From Bacteroidetes bacterium CG12_big_fil_rev_8_21_14_0_65_60_17 (GTDB taxonomy: Bacteria > Bacteroidota > Rhodothermia > Rhodothermales > UBA10348): DNA of 64,000 nucleotides. Below, one piece after another: positions 18,682 to 28,285 of the stretch; the stretch's first letter is position 1; every line of letters begins with the position of its first letter. Made by a program: the position numbers and the translations under genes. The stretch spans positions 44 to 64,043 of the forward strand of contig PCUY01000025.1 of NCBI GenBank assembly GCA_002787815.1, read 5' to 3'. The notes beneath the pieces were generated by a model, which was not told where the DNA came from, did not search any database, and saw only the letters and a list, made by a program, of their open reading frames with translations.

Positions 18682-19428
18682 TCAAATACTCTCCAACTGC
18701 CCGGAAGGCACCCAGCCACGTGTGCCATTGCTGAGCTGCACGAGGACCCATCCGGGCGTTTGTGTCTGTATGTCCACAACGAGACCCTCGTGAACCACTT
18801 CAACGGGTGGGGCGGCGCTGTCGGCCTGCTCGACAAGCGTGGTCTCCGGCACAATGATTACCGCCGACTCCGGTTCGGCAGGAGAATAGGATGACGACAG
18901 GCCAATGATCACACAGCCGCATGCCAGCAGCGGCAACACCACGTAGATACTTTGGCCCATTGGAAGCGTCCTGCGACCACGGATCCGCATGATGTGAAGC
19001 AGAACCGCCCCATAGAGAAACAGCAGACCGGAAATGAACCAGGCACCAGGCGATACAAAACGCAGAACAGCAGCCTGCATGGTTCGCCAGAAGGGCCTCG
19101 GAAGGGACGAAAACGAGTCAACCTGGCGCTCGCGGGCCACCCTGAGACTGTGCCGTATGACTTCGCTGTCGGAGTCGAGCCGGGCTGCACGTTCAAAATA
19201 CAGAATGGCGTATCCAAGACGGTTCAGCCTGTAGTGGGCAATTCCCATATTATGCCACAGGGCGGCACTCGCAACATGCATGGACTGAATGGTTTCATAT
19301 TGCGCCAGTGCCTCCTCATACTCTCCCTGGCGCAACAGCGCTGTCGCGTCATCAAACGCTTCGGTGACCACACTGGCATCCTGTGCAGGGTGAAGGAGAA
19401 GTGTTGTCAGAATCAGGAGTACGATCAT
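18682..19428 (-). CDS. batE: BatE-like protein (TPR plus C-terminal SH3b domain)
   Basis: TPR-like helices, TM segments, and a C-terminal [21 protein letters not shown] (SH3b). The ATG at 19428 forms an ATGA overlap with the batD stop. Confidence 0.7.
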   Translation of the reverse strand: MIVLLILTTLLLHPAQDASVVTEAFDDATALLRQGEYEEALAQYETIQSMHVASAALWHNMGIAHYRLNRLGYAILYFERAARLDSDSEVIRHSLRVARERQVDSFSSLPRPFWRTMQAAVLRFVSPGAWFISGLLFLYGAVLLHIMRIRGRRTLPMGQSIYVVLPLLACGCVIIGLSSSYSPAEPESAVIIVPETTLVEQADSAAPPVEVVHEGLVVDIQTQTPGWVLVQLSNGTRGWVPSGQLESI

Positions 19429-21293
19429 GAGGACCACCGCCCGTTCAACATCACTATGAGGGTAGATGCGTCGGACAACGCCTCTTTTCGATCGGCGTCC
19501 GTATGACCCGCCGGTGCGAAACGGCCACGGTCGCACACCTCGAGAAAGGAGATGATTCGGTCGGTTTCCGTGCCCGACACGCCGTGGTCCAGGAGCAGGT
19601 CTGCCAGTTGCTTTCGGGTCAACCCGGTCTCTGACACGTTGAGTTGATTGCCAATAAAGCCCGTGAGTGCACGATCAAGTTCCTCATAGAACGATGCCAC
19701 CTCGTCGGAGTCCAGAAGCTCGCTGGCACGCGCGAGGTGCTTCCGGGAGACGGGATGGGCAAGGCGTTGCCGTGTCCGTGCCTCGTCTATCGCAAAACGT
19801 TTCCGTTGCTCCTCGGTAATCCACGTTCCACCCCAGAGTAGAAGCGGCACGACGAGTAGAATCCAGGTCAGAGGCCGTTCATGGAGGGGACGCCGGGCAC
19901 GCACATCTCGCCAGCGACCCGTGTGCAGAAGCGGGGGCGCGACATCGCCAACCGGAAGCCCGTTCTGAACGGTTCGGGGCGATGTTGTGCCAGCCGGACT
20001 ACCCTCGGCTGTGATCGTGAATGCGTCGGACGAGTCGGTTCGATACTGTGCTGTTTCCGGGTTGAACCATGAGAAGGTGACCGGTGGTATCGTGTAGGAA
20101 CCCCGGGCGCGGGGAATAAGGACCCACTCGAAAACCTTTGTTCCGGACACGCGGTTGCCGCTGCGGTCAAGTTCTACGGACGATGTCGGGCCAAGTACTT
20201 CCAATGAGGCGGGGAGGTCTACCGCTGGTGCGCCGAGTGTGGCCAGGTTTCCCTCTCCCCGTATCGAGACACGTAGCGTAATACCGTCACCTGTAGCAAC
20301 GCGCGTGCGGTTGAGGCCGGCCTCCAGACGGTACGATCCGACCGCCCCCGAGAAGTCATTCGGCGCACCGTCCGGAAGGGGGCGGGCGGTAATCGATACT
20401 TCCGGCGACGCCAGCTCAATCGGTGCAAACCTGGAACGCATGGAGAACAGACTCTGGAATGGATCGCGACGGCCAAAGGGAAGCATGGCTTCGCTCTCTA
20501 TACGAAGTGGATCAATGGTCAGGGAACCGCTTCGTGTCGGGAATACGGCTGCACGTTTGAGCGTGATGACATTGTACCGGAGCCCATTCCGGACGACGGT
20601 ACGCGGTACAGGCCGCGTATCCACTTCCATTTCCTCACGCCAGAATCCGTTGGCATCCCAGCTGTCTGTGAGGCGACTTTGTCGTAGTTGGATCCCTTCC
20701 CGGAAGAACAACCGGTATTCAAGAACCAGTTGCTCATGCTGCCAGACGGAGGCCGATGCTGGGACAACCTGAATGTAAATATCCCGTTCGGACGGTGTTG
20801 GAGTGGGCTCGGGGCCGGGATTCGGCGGCTGGAATGCAGAGAATGGATCTCTCACACGGGGTTGCTGGGCTGGGCGCTGGGACTGGGGCACAACATTGAT
20901 GTCGATGGGCTCCGTTCGATACGTCTCGCCGGCTACAACAACCTCCATGGGAAGTATCCGCGCGCGGCCCTCTGCAACAGGCCGGAGCATCCACGTGAAA
21001 CCAAAGCTCTGCGTTACGCGACCGTTCACGATGCTGACGTTGCGGCGGGTCCCGGGGGTTCTCTGCGTCAGGGCAAGGCCTTCCGTCTCGGGCGGATCCG
21101 GTGTAAACACGCCTGAGCCATCCGATCCGTTGATGGTGACCGTCAGCGTAAGGGTCTCCTGATCCCCGATTTCCGTAGCGTTGACAGACGCCTCGACAGA
21201 GACTTCCTGCGCGGCCGAGGTCTGGGGCAGCAGAAGCAGGAACGTGGATAAGACAGCAAAAATGCTATAGAAGGTGCCCACTCGCATCACCAA
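19425..21293 (-). CDS. batD: BatD-like oxygen-tolerance protein
   Basis: A signal peptide, a long beta-rich periplasmic region, a TM helix near residue 470, and a helical C-terminus. Its position in the Bat cluster supports the call. Confidence 0.7.
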   Translation of the reverse strand: MVMRVGTFYSIFAVLSTFLLLLPQTSAAQEVSVEASVNATEIGDQETLTLTVTINGSDGSGVFTPDPPETEGLALTQRTPGTRRNVSIVNGRVTQSFGFTWMLRPVAEGRARILPMEVVVAGETYRTEPIDINVVPQSQRPAQQPRVRDPFSAFQPPNPGPEPTPTPSERDIYIQVVPASASVWQHEQLVLEYRLFFREGIQLRQSRLTDSWDANGFWREEMEVDTRPVPRTVVRNGLRYNVITLKRAAVFPTRSGSLTIDPLRIESEAMLPFGRRDPFQSLFSMRSRFAPIELASPEVSITARPLPDGAPNDFSGAVGSYRLEAGLNRTRVATGDGITLRVSIRGEGNLATLGAPAVDLPASLEVLGPTSSVELDRSGNRVSGTKVFEWVLIPRARGSYTIPPVTFSWFNPETAQYRTDSSDAFTITAEGSPAGTTSPRTVQNGLPVGDVAPPLLHTGRWRDVRARRPLHERPLTWILLVVPLLLWGGTWITEEQRKRFAIDEARTRQRLAHPVSRKHLARASELLDSDEVASFYEELDRALTGFIGNQLNVSETGLTRKQLADLLLDHGVSGTETDRIISFLEVCDRGRFAPAGHTDADRKEALSDASTLIVMLNGRWSS

Positions 21294-22081
21294 TCCTTGT
21301 CGACACGTCGCGGGCGGGTCTTGAGTTTCTGTACTTCCCGCAGGAGTTGTTCTTCCTGGTTCTGCAGGGCCTCGAGCATGCGCTGCGCCTCCGCCCGGGT
21401 CAGTGTTTCCGGGTCGCCCTGGGGCTGACTCTCACCCTCTTCCGGTTGCTGCGGCTGTTCGCTCCCTTCGTCGCCCTGGTTGGGCTGTTGATCCTGCTGG
21501 CCCTCACTCTGTTCTTCGTTCTCTCCCTGGTTCTGCCCGTCGCTGTTTTCCTGATCTCCGTTCTGCTCCTCGTTGTTCTCCCCGTCCTGGTTTTCGCTGT
21601 CCTGTTCCTGTTGCTCCTGCTGCTCCTCGAGTTGACGCCTTGCCAACTCGTAATTGTATTTGGCGTCGGTATTTGTCGGGTCCTGGAGCAGTGCCTCCCG
21701 ATACATTTCCACAGCTTCTTCCAGTTTTTGCGCCTGGACAAGTGCGTTTCCAGCATTATACCACCCGCGGGCACGGCCTGTCGCATCTGGGGCCATACGG
21801 ACACTGCTGGCAAAACCGGCAGCTGACGATTCGAATTCTCCCTGGCGGTAAAGAGATGCTCCCAGGTTGTTGAGCAGGCCGGAGTGTATCTGGCCGGGAC
21901 CGTCCCCCTCTACCGACCGAATGCCCGACCGGTACGCTTCTGCGGCCTGATCGTACGCCTCAGCTTCGAACAGTTTGTTACCTTCCCGGCCTTCCGATAC
22001 GGGATTGCCTGCCGGTGGAGTCACCTGTGCGGTTTGCAGCAGAGTCAGAAGGGCAATGTGAATCAGCATGAGCATGTTCAA
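21287..22081 (-). CDS. batC: BatC-like TPR protein with an acidic low-complexity tail
   Basis: TPR repeats (AEAYRSG..., YNAGNALVQAQKLEEAVEMYREAL) followed by a tract of about 90 aa rich in E, Q, D and N. Confidence 0.65.
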   Translation of the reverse strand: MNMLMLIHIALLTLLQTAQVTPPAGNPVSEGREGNKLFEAEAYDQAAEAYRSGIRSVEGDGPGQIHSGLLNNLGASLYRQGEFESSAAGFASSVRMAPDATGRARGWYNAGNALVQAQKLEEAVEMYREALLQDPTNTDAKYNYELARRQLEEQQEQQEQDSENQDGENNEEQNGDQENSDGQNQGENEEQSEGQQDQQPNQGDEGSEQPQQPEEGESQPQGDPETLTRAEAQRMLEALQNQEEQLLREVQKLKTRPRRVDKDW

Positions 22082-23094
22082 GATCTGCGAGTCCGTTCAG
22101 GAACCATCCACTCGACGAACAGGACGAACAAACCAAGGGCGAGTGGCCACTGGAATTTTTCGGCATATTCCTCAAACTGTTCCGATGCGAGGCTGCTTGT
22201 CTCAAGGGCGTCAATCCTGGAGAGCAGTCCATCGAGTGAAGCTGCGGTTCTGGATATCCGGATGTATGCCCCATCCGATGCCATGTCCAGGAGGACGTCT
22301 TCAACGAGTCGCGTGGTCACAACGTTTCCGGCCCGATCGGTCTTGTATCCGCGAGACCTGCCATCTTCGCTGACAGGTATGGGAGCACCATTGGTCTCGC
22401 CGACTCCGGCAGCAAACAGCTTGATTCCTGCTTCGCGGGCCTTTTCTTTGATCAGCGTGATATCACCCACGTGATCCTCCCCATCGCTTACGATGATGGC
22501 AGCACGTGTGCGGGGCCCATCTCCGGGCGTGCCACCGGTCGGAGCGTCGAATGCGCGCTCTATCATTTCAAATGCGCGGCCGAAGTCCGTACCGGGGGTA
22601 GGAATGAGAGAAGGACTGGCGACATCAAGGAAGAGGCGCACAGCGTTGTAGTCGGATGTGAGCGGGCTGTGTACGAAAGCGTCGCCGGCGAACGTAACAA
22701 GGCCGACACGATCGCCACTGAGATCATCCAATAAATCCTTGATGGCAAACTTTGCCCGCTCAAGACGGTTGGGTGCTACATCTTCGGCGAGCATTGACAG
22801 GGAAACGTCGAGTGCAATCACGAGGTCAATGCCCTCCCGTTTGACCTCTTTTGTTTTTGTACCGAATCGGGGACCCGCCAGTGCCAATCCCAGGAAAACA
22901 ACAGCAAGAATGATGAGCGTGGCCTTCCACCGCCTTCGACGCAGGTTGAGCCCGGAGGAGAGTCGACGGACCAGTTGCGGGCTGCCCATGCGGTCTGCAA
23001 TCCTCCTGCGACTCCACGCGGCATGAAGGAAAAGGGCCACGGCAACGGGGACCATGATGAGTGTCCAGAACATGTCGGGATGTAACCACTGCAT
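22078..23094 (-). CDS. batB: BatB-like von Willebrand factor A domain membrane protein
   Basis: N-terminal TM helices and a VWA MIDAS motif (LDVSLSM). Confidence 0.85.
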   Translation of the reverse strand: MQWLHPDMFWTLIMVPVAVALFLHAAWSRRRIADRMGSPQLVRRLSSGLNLRRRRWKATLIILAVVFLGLALAGPRFGTKTKEVKREGIDLVIALDVSLSMLAEDVAPNRLERAKFAIKDLLDDLSGDRVGLVTFAGDAFVHSPLTSDYNAVRLFLDVASPSLIPTPGTDFGRAFEMIERAFDAPTGGTPGDGPRTRAAIIVSDGEDHVGDITLIKEKAREAGIKLFAAGVGETNGAPIPVSEDGRSRGYKTDRAGNVVTTRLVEDVLLDMASDGAYIRISRTAASLDGLLSRIDALETSSLASEQFEEYAEKFQWPLALGLFVLFVEWMVPERTRRS

Positions 23095-23096
23095 GA

Positions 23097-24080
23097 TCAG
23101 GGAAATCTCCTCAGGATGGTAGTGGAAAGGAGTGTTTCGAACAATACAAGCAGGAAGGCAGGTAACAGGAAGCGCAGATAATTTTCCTGTACGTCGACGA
23201 ATTCAAGTTCCTGTACGCGCGTCGTTTCCAGTTCTCCGATCTGCTCATAGATACGACGCAGCGCTTCGTTGTCGGTAGCCCTGAAATAGCGTCCCCCAGT
23301 CGATTCAGCCACCTTGGTCATCATTTCCTCGTCGATTTCCACAGGCACCATGCGCCGCTGGCGGCCCGAAAAGGGATGATCCACGATGAATGGAGCCTCA
23401 CCCTGCGCACCTGTTCCAATGGTATAGACGCGCACGCCGAGTGCCTGTGCGACCTCGGCGGCGGTTTCCGGGCTGATCTCACCCCGGTTGTTCTGGCCAT
23501 CGGTGAGCAGGATGACAACCTTGCTCTCCGCATCACTGTTGCGCAGGGCATTGACCGACGTGGCGAGGGCTGTGCCAATGGCTGTGCCATCTTCAATCAT
23601 GCCCGTTTCGACTTCCCCCAGCATGCTCAGCAGAAAGTCATAGTCGAGCGTCAACGGAGCCTGGGTGAAAGCCTGTGCGGCAAAGACCACCAGGCCGATC
23701 CGGTCCGAAACGCGTCCGGAAATGAAGTCGGATGCAATTTGCCGCGCCGCTTCGAACCGGTTGGGGCGGAAGTCTTCCGCCCGCATGGATGTGGATGTAT
23801 CGATAGTCAGCACGATATCGATTCCTTCGGCGTAGCGTTCGCGAACAACATCGCGCTGCTGTGGGCGGGCCAATGCCAGAACAACGAGTGCGAGCGAGAG
23901 GGTGCGCACGAGCAGCGGGAGGTCGCGCAGCCGGGCGCGCGCGGAAGCGCGCGCCCGGGCGGCGGTCGGGGCGGCGCTGTATACCAGCGCCGCCCGCCGC
24001 GTCCGCGCCTTCCAGGCGCGGACCGCGCCCCCCGCTACGACGGGAAGCAACAAGAGCCAATATGGATGCTGGAATTCCAC
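23097..24080 (-). CDS. batA: BatA-like von Willebrand factor A domain membrane protein
   Basis: MIDAS motif IDTSTSM, with N- and C-terminal TM helices. Confidence 0.85.
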   Translation of the reverse strand: MEFQHPYWLLLLPVVAGGAVRAWKARTRRAALVYSAAPTAARARASARARLRDLPLLVRTLSLALVVLALARPQQRDVVRERYAEGIDIVLTIDTSTSMRAEDFRPNRFEAARQIASDFISGRVSDRIGLVVFAAQAFTQAPLTLDYDFLLSMLGEVETGMIEDGTAIGTALATSVNALRNSDAESKVVILLTDGQNNRGEISPETAAEVAQALGVRVYTIGTGAQGEAPFIVDHPFSGRQRRMVPVEIDEEMMTKVAESTGGRYFRATDNEALRRIYEQIGELETTRVQELEFVDVQENYLRFLLPAFLLVLFETLLSTTILRRFP

Positions 24081-24094
24081 GCTATGGTGTATGG

Positions 24095-25120
24095 TCAGTT
24101 CTGATCATGAGGTGTGGGTGTACCTTCTTCCGGGTCGACCGCTTTGCGAGCAGCCTCTTCGATGGCGCGTCGTCGTGCTTCTTCTTCGGCTTGACGGTAG
24201 GCCCGTTCCGTGTGCTCGATCGTCTCCCGACTGGAACGGAGCAGCAGCCGCGTTTTGTCTACGACAGGTCGAATATCGGCAAACTTGACGAGGTCGGCTT
24301 CCTGGAGCACATCGTGCAGCGCGGCTATCCATTCTGGCGGTACGGGTCTGCCCGCGCGCAGCCGCGTGAGTTCCTCAATCAGCTCTCCTGTTGTGGCTTC
24401 GAGAGCATGTACGTCAGCCCGTTCGGCGAAGTACGTTCGCAGTATGGACGTCAGTTCCACGTACCAGGCTTTGATATCGGGGATGGAACGAAGGTCCATG
24501 GCTTCCAACTCAGCCAGACGCTCAAGCGCAACCTCGACCGGCGGGGGCGGAGGTGTGGAGGGAATGTTGTCTGCAACGTCATCCCGTCGGGACCTGTAGT
24601 GTCTCCAAATCAGCCAGGAGGCAATTAGACCCAGCAGGACGCTGACAATCCAGGGCCACCAGGAGCGCGGAAACTGTGCCAACTCCGTGATGTCACGCAA
24701 TTGGGGATCGGCTTCGGTCAGCAGCGAGGCTACCCGCAGCTCAACGCCTTCGGCGAGCACCAGCGTCGTATCGTTTCGAACAACGAGCCCCACCGGAATG
24801 GCATCTACCCGGGCCGAATCGATAGCGAACGTGGTTGTCTCGTAGACCACGCTGTCCAGCACCGCATTGTCTGCCAGTACGCGTTCCCCACGGGAACGAA
24901 CCGAAAGCACCAGAAAATCCCCGAGTGGAAGCCGCATGCCCGCGTCGGATATGAGACTGTCCGGCAGCAGTTCGTGTGGAAAGAGGCTCTCTCCGGCACC
25001 GTCATGCCCGAGCTCCACCACCAGGGAAAACCTGTCGCCCGCGTATACACTGTCCTCAGGGATCCACGCAGATGCCTGCTGAGCGGAGGCCGGACATGCG
25101 AAAGCCAACATCAGGGTCAT
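24095..25120 (-). CDS. DUF4381-like membrane protein with an added N-terminal periplasmic domain
   Basis: A signal-like N-terminus, a ~190-aa beta-rich domain, a TM helix (WWPWIVSVLLGLIASWLIW), then a helical C-terminal region. I chose the start to avoid overlap with the DUF58 gene; the ORF extends to 25255. Confidence 0.5.
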   Translation of the reverse strand: MTLMLAFACPASAQQASAWIPEDSVYAGDRFSLVVELGHDGAGESLFPHELLPDSLISDAGMRLPLGDFLVLSVRSRGERVLADNAVLDSVVYETTTFAIDSARVDAIPVGLVVRNDTTLVLAEGVELRVASLLTEADPQLRDITELAQFPRSWWPWIVSVLLGLIASWLIWRHYRSRRDDVADNIPSTPPPPPVEVALERLAELEAMDLRSIPDIKAWYVELTSILRTYFAERADVHALEATTGELIEELTRLRAGRPVPPEWIAALHDVLQEADLVKFADIRPVVDKTRLLLRSSRETIEHTERAYRQAEEEARRRAIEEAARKAVDPEEGTPTPHDQN

Positions 25121-25163
25121 GGCGGCCGTGATGCGTCCTGCTATGAATGATCGGTCGCTCAAA

Positions 25164-26039
25164 TCAGTGCATCTTGTGGCGTTTCCGGAAGAACGCGATG
25201 AGGGGGTCGACATATCCTTCGTCGGCCTGGATGGGGATCCTGTCGACGCGGGCACGTCGAAACAGCAGATTCAGTTCCGCCGTGTGTTGATTGGCCAGTG
25301 CCTCGAATGTCTCCCGGACATCGAAGTTGGATGTGTCGACAGTGATATGTGCACCGGATTCCGGATCCATCATCTCGACGAGGCCTGCGTCGGGAAGCTC
25401 CTCCTCGAGGGGATCGACCAGATGCACGGCAATCGTGTCATGACGGCGCGCCAACATGCGAAGCGGCGCATCGAAACCCTTGTCCATGAAATCACTGATG
25501 ACGAGCACGATCGATCGACGTTGGAGGACGTGCAACATGTGCTCCAGTGCGCAGGCAATATGGGTGCGTGACGACTGTGTGTCGTGGGCGAACAGGTCCC
25601 TGATCAGACGAAGTACGTGCCTGCGCCCTTTCTTGGGGGGAACGAACAGTTCGATCTGGTCGGAAAACAGCAAGAGGCCCACTTTGTCGTCGTTCTGAAT
25701 GGCACTGAAGGCGATGACAGCACAAATTTCAGCGGCTATTTCACGTTTCAGCTTGTCGATTGAACCGAAATCACCGGACCCCGATACGTCCACGGCCAGC
25801 ATGACCGTCTGCTCACGCTCTTCCTCGAATATTTTGACGAACGTATCGCCATACCGCGCCGATACATTCCAGTCAATCGAGCGGATGTCGTCGCCGAACT
25901 GGTAGGGCCGGACTTCCGCGAATTCCATGCCCTGCCCCTTGAATGCAGAATGGTATTCACCCCCGAAAATATTGCTCACGAGGCCCTTGGTGCGGATCTC
26001 GATCTGCCTGATTTTCCTGAACAGTTCCTTGGGGATCAT
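25164..26039 (-). CDS. DUF58 domain protein (MoxR-associated, VWA-like)
   Basis: MIPKELFRKIRQIEIRT, YQFGDDIRSIDWNVSAR and VDVSGS. Start placed at the conserved MIPKE; the ORF extends to 26168. Confidence 0.8.
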   Translation of the reverse strand: MIPKELFRKIRQIEIRTKGLVSNIFGGEYHSAFKGQGMEFAEVRPYQFGDDIRSIDWNVSARYGDTFVKIFEEEREQTVMLAVDVSGSGDFGSIDKLKREIAAEICAVIAFSAIQNDDKVGLLLFSDQIELFVPPKKGRRHVLRLIRDLFAHDTQSSRTHIACALEHMLHVLQRRSIVLVISDFMDKGFDAPLRMLARRHDTIAVHLVDPLEEELPDAGLVEMMDPESGAHITVDTSNFDVRETFEALANQHTAELNLLFRRARVDRIPIQADEGYVDPLIAFFRKRHKMH

Positions 26040-26197
26040 GAGGGTACGATTATGGATATCGGCGTAGAACGCAGGACGCAGCACGTCGTTCAGATGGCGG
26101 AAACATTTGTCCGGTTTGGCGTACCCAAGTCCCGTCCACGACCGGTTGCCGGATTGCGTGTGGTCCATTTCCTTGCCAAAATCAGAACCTGTACATC

Positions 26198-26809
26198 ATG
26201 ACCCGCTTTTTCCCGTTTGCAGCCTTACTTCTCCTTGCTGCTTCGTCAAATCATGTCGCCAGTGCGCAGGCTACTTCGGCTACGGCTGCACCGACCTGGC
26301 GAGTCGATGCCACGCACTCTTTCATAGGTTTCAAGGTTCGCCACCTGGGATTGTCTTCCGTAACCGGAGCGTTCCGTGACTACGACGCCACCATTACCCT
26401 TGACCCCGCTGATCCTGCCTCGTTTCGGGCCGAAGCCGTCATACAGGCGGCCAGTGTCGATACAGAAAACGAGCGCCGCGACAATCATCTTCGCTCGGAT
26501 GACTTCTTTGACGCCGAAAACCACCCGGAACTCCGCTTTGTCACAAAGGAAGTGCGCGACAGAGGAGATGGACAGCTGGAGATTGTGGGTGACCTGACAA
26601 TCCGTGGAACCACGCAAGAAATCGTGCTTGACGGCGAAATAATAGGGACAGCTGCCATGGGTAATTCGGAACGGGTAGGAATTGAAGCGGAAGGACGGAT
26701 AAATCGATTCGACTATGGACTCAAGTTCGACTCCGTTATGGAAGCCGGTGGGTTCGTGGTCGGGGAGGACGTGCGTCTGGTACTGGAGATCGAGGCCATC
26801 AAGAACTGA
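26198..26809 (+). CDS. YceI family periplasmic protein
   Basis: A signal peptide, then [29 protein letters not shown] and [14 protein letters not shown] motifs. Confidence 0.85.
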   Translation: MTRFFPFAALLLLAASSNHVASAQATSATAAPTWRVDATHSFIGFKVRHLGLSSVTGAFRDYDATITLDPADPASFRAEAVIQAASVDTENERRDNHLRSDDFFDAENHPELRFVTKEVRDRGDGQLEIVGDLTIRGTTQEIVLDGEIIGTAAMGNSERVGIEAEGRINRFDYGLKFDSVMEAGGFVVGEDVRLVLEIEAIKN

Positions 26810-26823
26810 ACCGGGCAGAACCC

Positions 26824-27501
26824 ATGTCTATGCGCGTCGGTGTTGTAGTATTTCCTGGCTCGAACTGTGATCATGATGCCTACCACGTGCTGTCGCATCT
26901 TTTCGGATTGGAAACGCGGTTCATCTGGCACAAGGAGGCTGAACTGGGGAATGTGGACTTTGTGATTGTCCCCGGTGGATTCTCCTACGGGGACTATCTT
27001 CGTAGCGGGTCCATCGCCCGCTTCTCGCCCGTCATGAGGGATGTCGTCCGATTCGCTGCCAGAGGCGGCCTGGTCATGGGTATATGCAACGGATTCCAGA
27101 TCCTGTGCGAGGCCCACCTGCTTCCGGGAGCGCTGACGCGCAATGCGTCACTGCGGTTCATTTGCAAGGATGTCCGTGTGCGGGTCGAGCACCCAGGTAC
27201 TCCCTTTACGTCAGGACTGCAGGCCGGTGACGTGCTGCGGACCCCCATTGCGCATGGAGAGGGCAACTACATTGCCCATCCTGATGTGCTGAAAGAATTG
27301 GAAGACAATCAGCAGGTTGTTTTCCGATACGCAGACGAGAATCCGAACGGAAGTGTCAATGATATTGCCGGCATCGTGAATAGGGAAGGAAATGTACTCG
27401 GAATGATGCCGCATCCGGAGCGCTCGTCAGAAGATATCCTGGGTACGCCCGACGGTCGTCGCATATTCGAATCCGTCATTGGAGCGCTGCAGCCTGCCTG
27501 A
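26824..27501 (+). CDS. purQ: Phosphoribosylformylglycinamidine synthase, glutaminase subunit PurQ
   Basis: [22 protein letters not shown], the catalytic Cys in GICNGFQIL, and MMPHPER. Confidence 0.92.
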   Translation: MSMRVGVVVFPGSNCDHDAYHVLSHLFGLETRFIWHKEAELGNVDFVIVPGGFSYGDYLRSGSIARFSPVMRDVVRFAARGGLVMGICNGFQILCEAHLLPGALTRNASLRFICKDVRVRVEHPGTPFTSGLQAGDVLRTPIAHGEGNYIAHPDVLKELEDNQQVVFRYADENPNGSVNDIAGIVNREGNVLGMMPHPERSSEDILGTPDGRRIFESVIGALQPA

Positions 27502-27539
27502 AAGGCTGTTGAAGAACCAGCGTGCGCCTGGACGCGGCT

Positions 27540-28280
27540 CTACCTTCGCACAGCGCGCATGTATTCGCGGCGCATGCGCGCAATGGCATCAATCGAAATC
27601 CCCTTCGGGCAGACAGCTTCACACTCAGCATGATTGGAGCAGTCGCCGAACCCTTCGGTGGCCATCTGATCCACCATGGACCTGGCTCTGCGCTCACGTT
27701 CCGGATCTCCCTGCGGCAACAATGCCAGGTGGGATATCTTGGCTGCCGTAAAGAGTGAAGCCGATGCGTTCGGGCATGCCGCCACACAGGCACCACAGCC
27801 GATACATGTGGCATAATCCATGGAAAGGTCAGCATCATCTTTCGGTACCGGGATGGAGTTGGCATCCGGTGCCGCCCCGGTGTTGACCGATACGTATCCG
27901 CCTGCTTCCACGATACGATCAAAGGCCGTGCGATCCACTACGAGGTCCCTGATGACAGGAAAGCCCTCAGCGCGCCACGGCTCTATCACAATAGTGTCGC
28001 CGTCCCTGTAATGGCGCATGTGCAACTGACAACACGCTGTCCGCCGCTGCGGACCGTGTGCCTGCCCGTCAATGACCACGCCACACGATCCACAGATTCC
28101 CTCCCGGCAATCGTAGTCGAACTCGACCGGATCTTTCCCCTCTTTGATGAGCTGCTCATTCAGGACGTCCAGCATCTCCAGAAAAGACATGTGGGGATTG
28201 GCATCAGGCACCTTGTATGTTTCGAACCGTCCCGGTACATCTGGGCCTTCCTGGCGCCACACTTTCAGTGTAATGATCAT
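27540..28280 (-). CDS. sdhB: Succinate dehydrogenase/fumarate reductase iron-sulfur subunit
   Basis: 2Fe-2[11 protein letters not shown], 4Fe-4[13 protein letters not shown], and 3Fe-4[13 protein letters not shown]. Confidence 0.92.
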   Translation of the reverse strand: MIITLKVWRQEGPDVPGRFETYKVPDANPHMSFLEMLDVLNEQLIKEGKDPVEFDYDCREGICGSCGVVIDGQAHGPQRRTACCQLHMRHYRDGDTIVIEPWRAEGFPVIRDLVVDRTAFDRIVEAGGYVSVNTGAAPDANSIPVPKDDADLSMDYATCIGCGACVAACPNASASLFTAAKISHLALLPQGDPERERRARSMVDQMATEGFGDCSNHAECEAVCPKGISIDAIARMRREYMRAVRR

Positions 28281-28285
28281 GGTAC

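Noticed and set aside
20987-21002. parS-like sequence GCATCCACGTGAAACC inside batD.
   Set aside because: Only about 11 of 16 positions match TGTTTCACGTGAAACA, and the left arm is missing. It is a half-site inside a coding region, far from parB.
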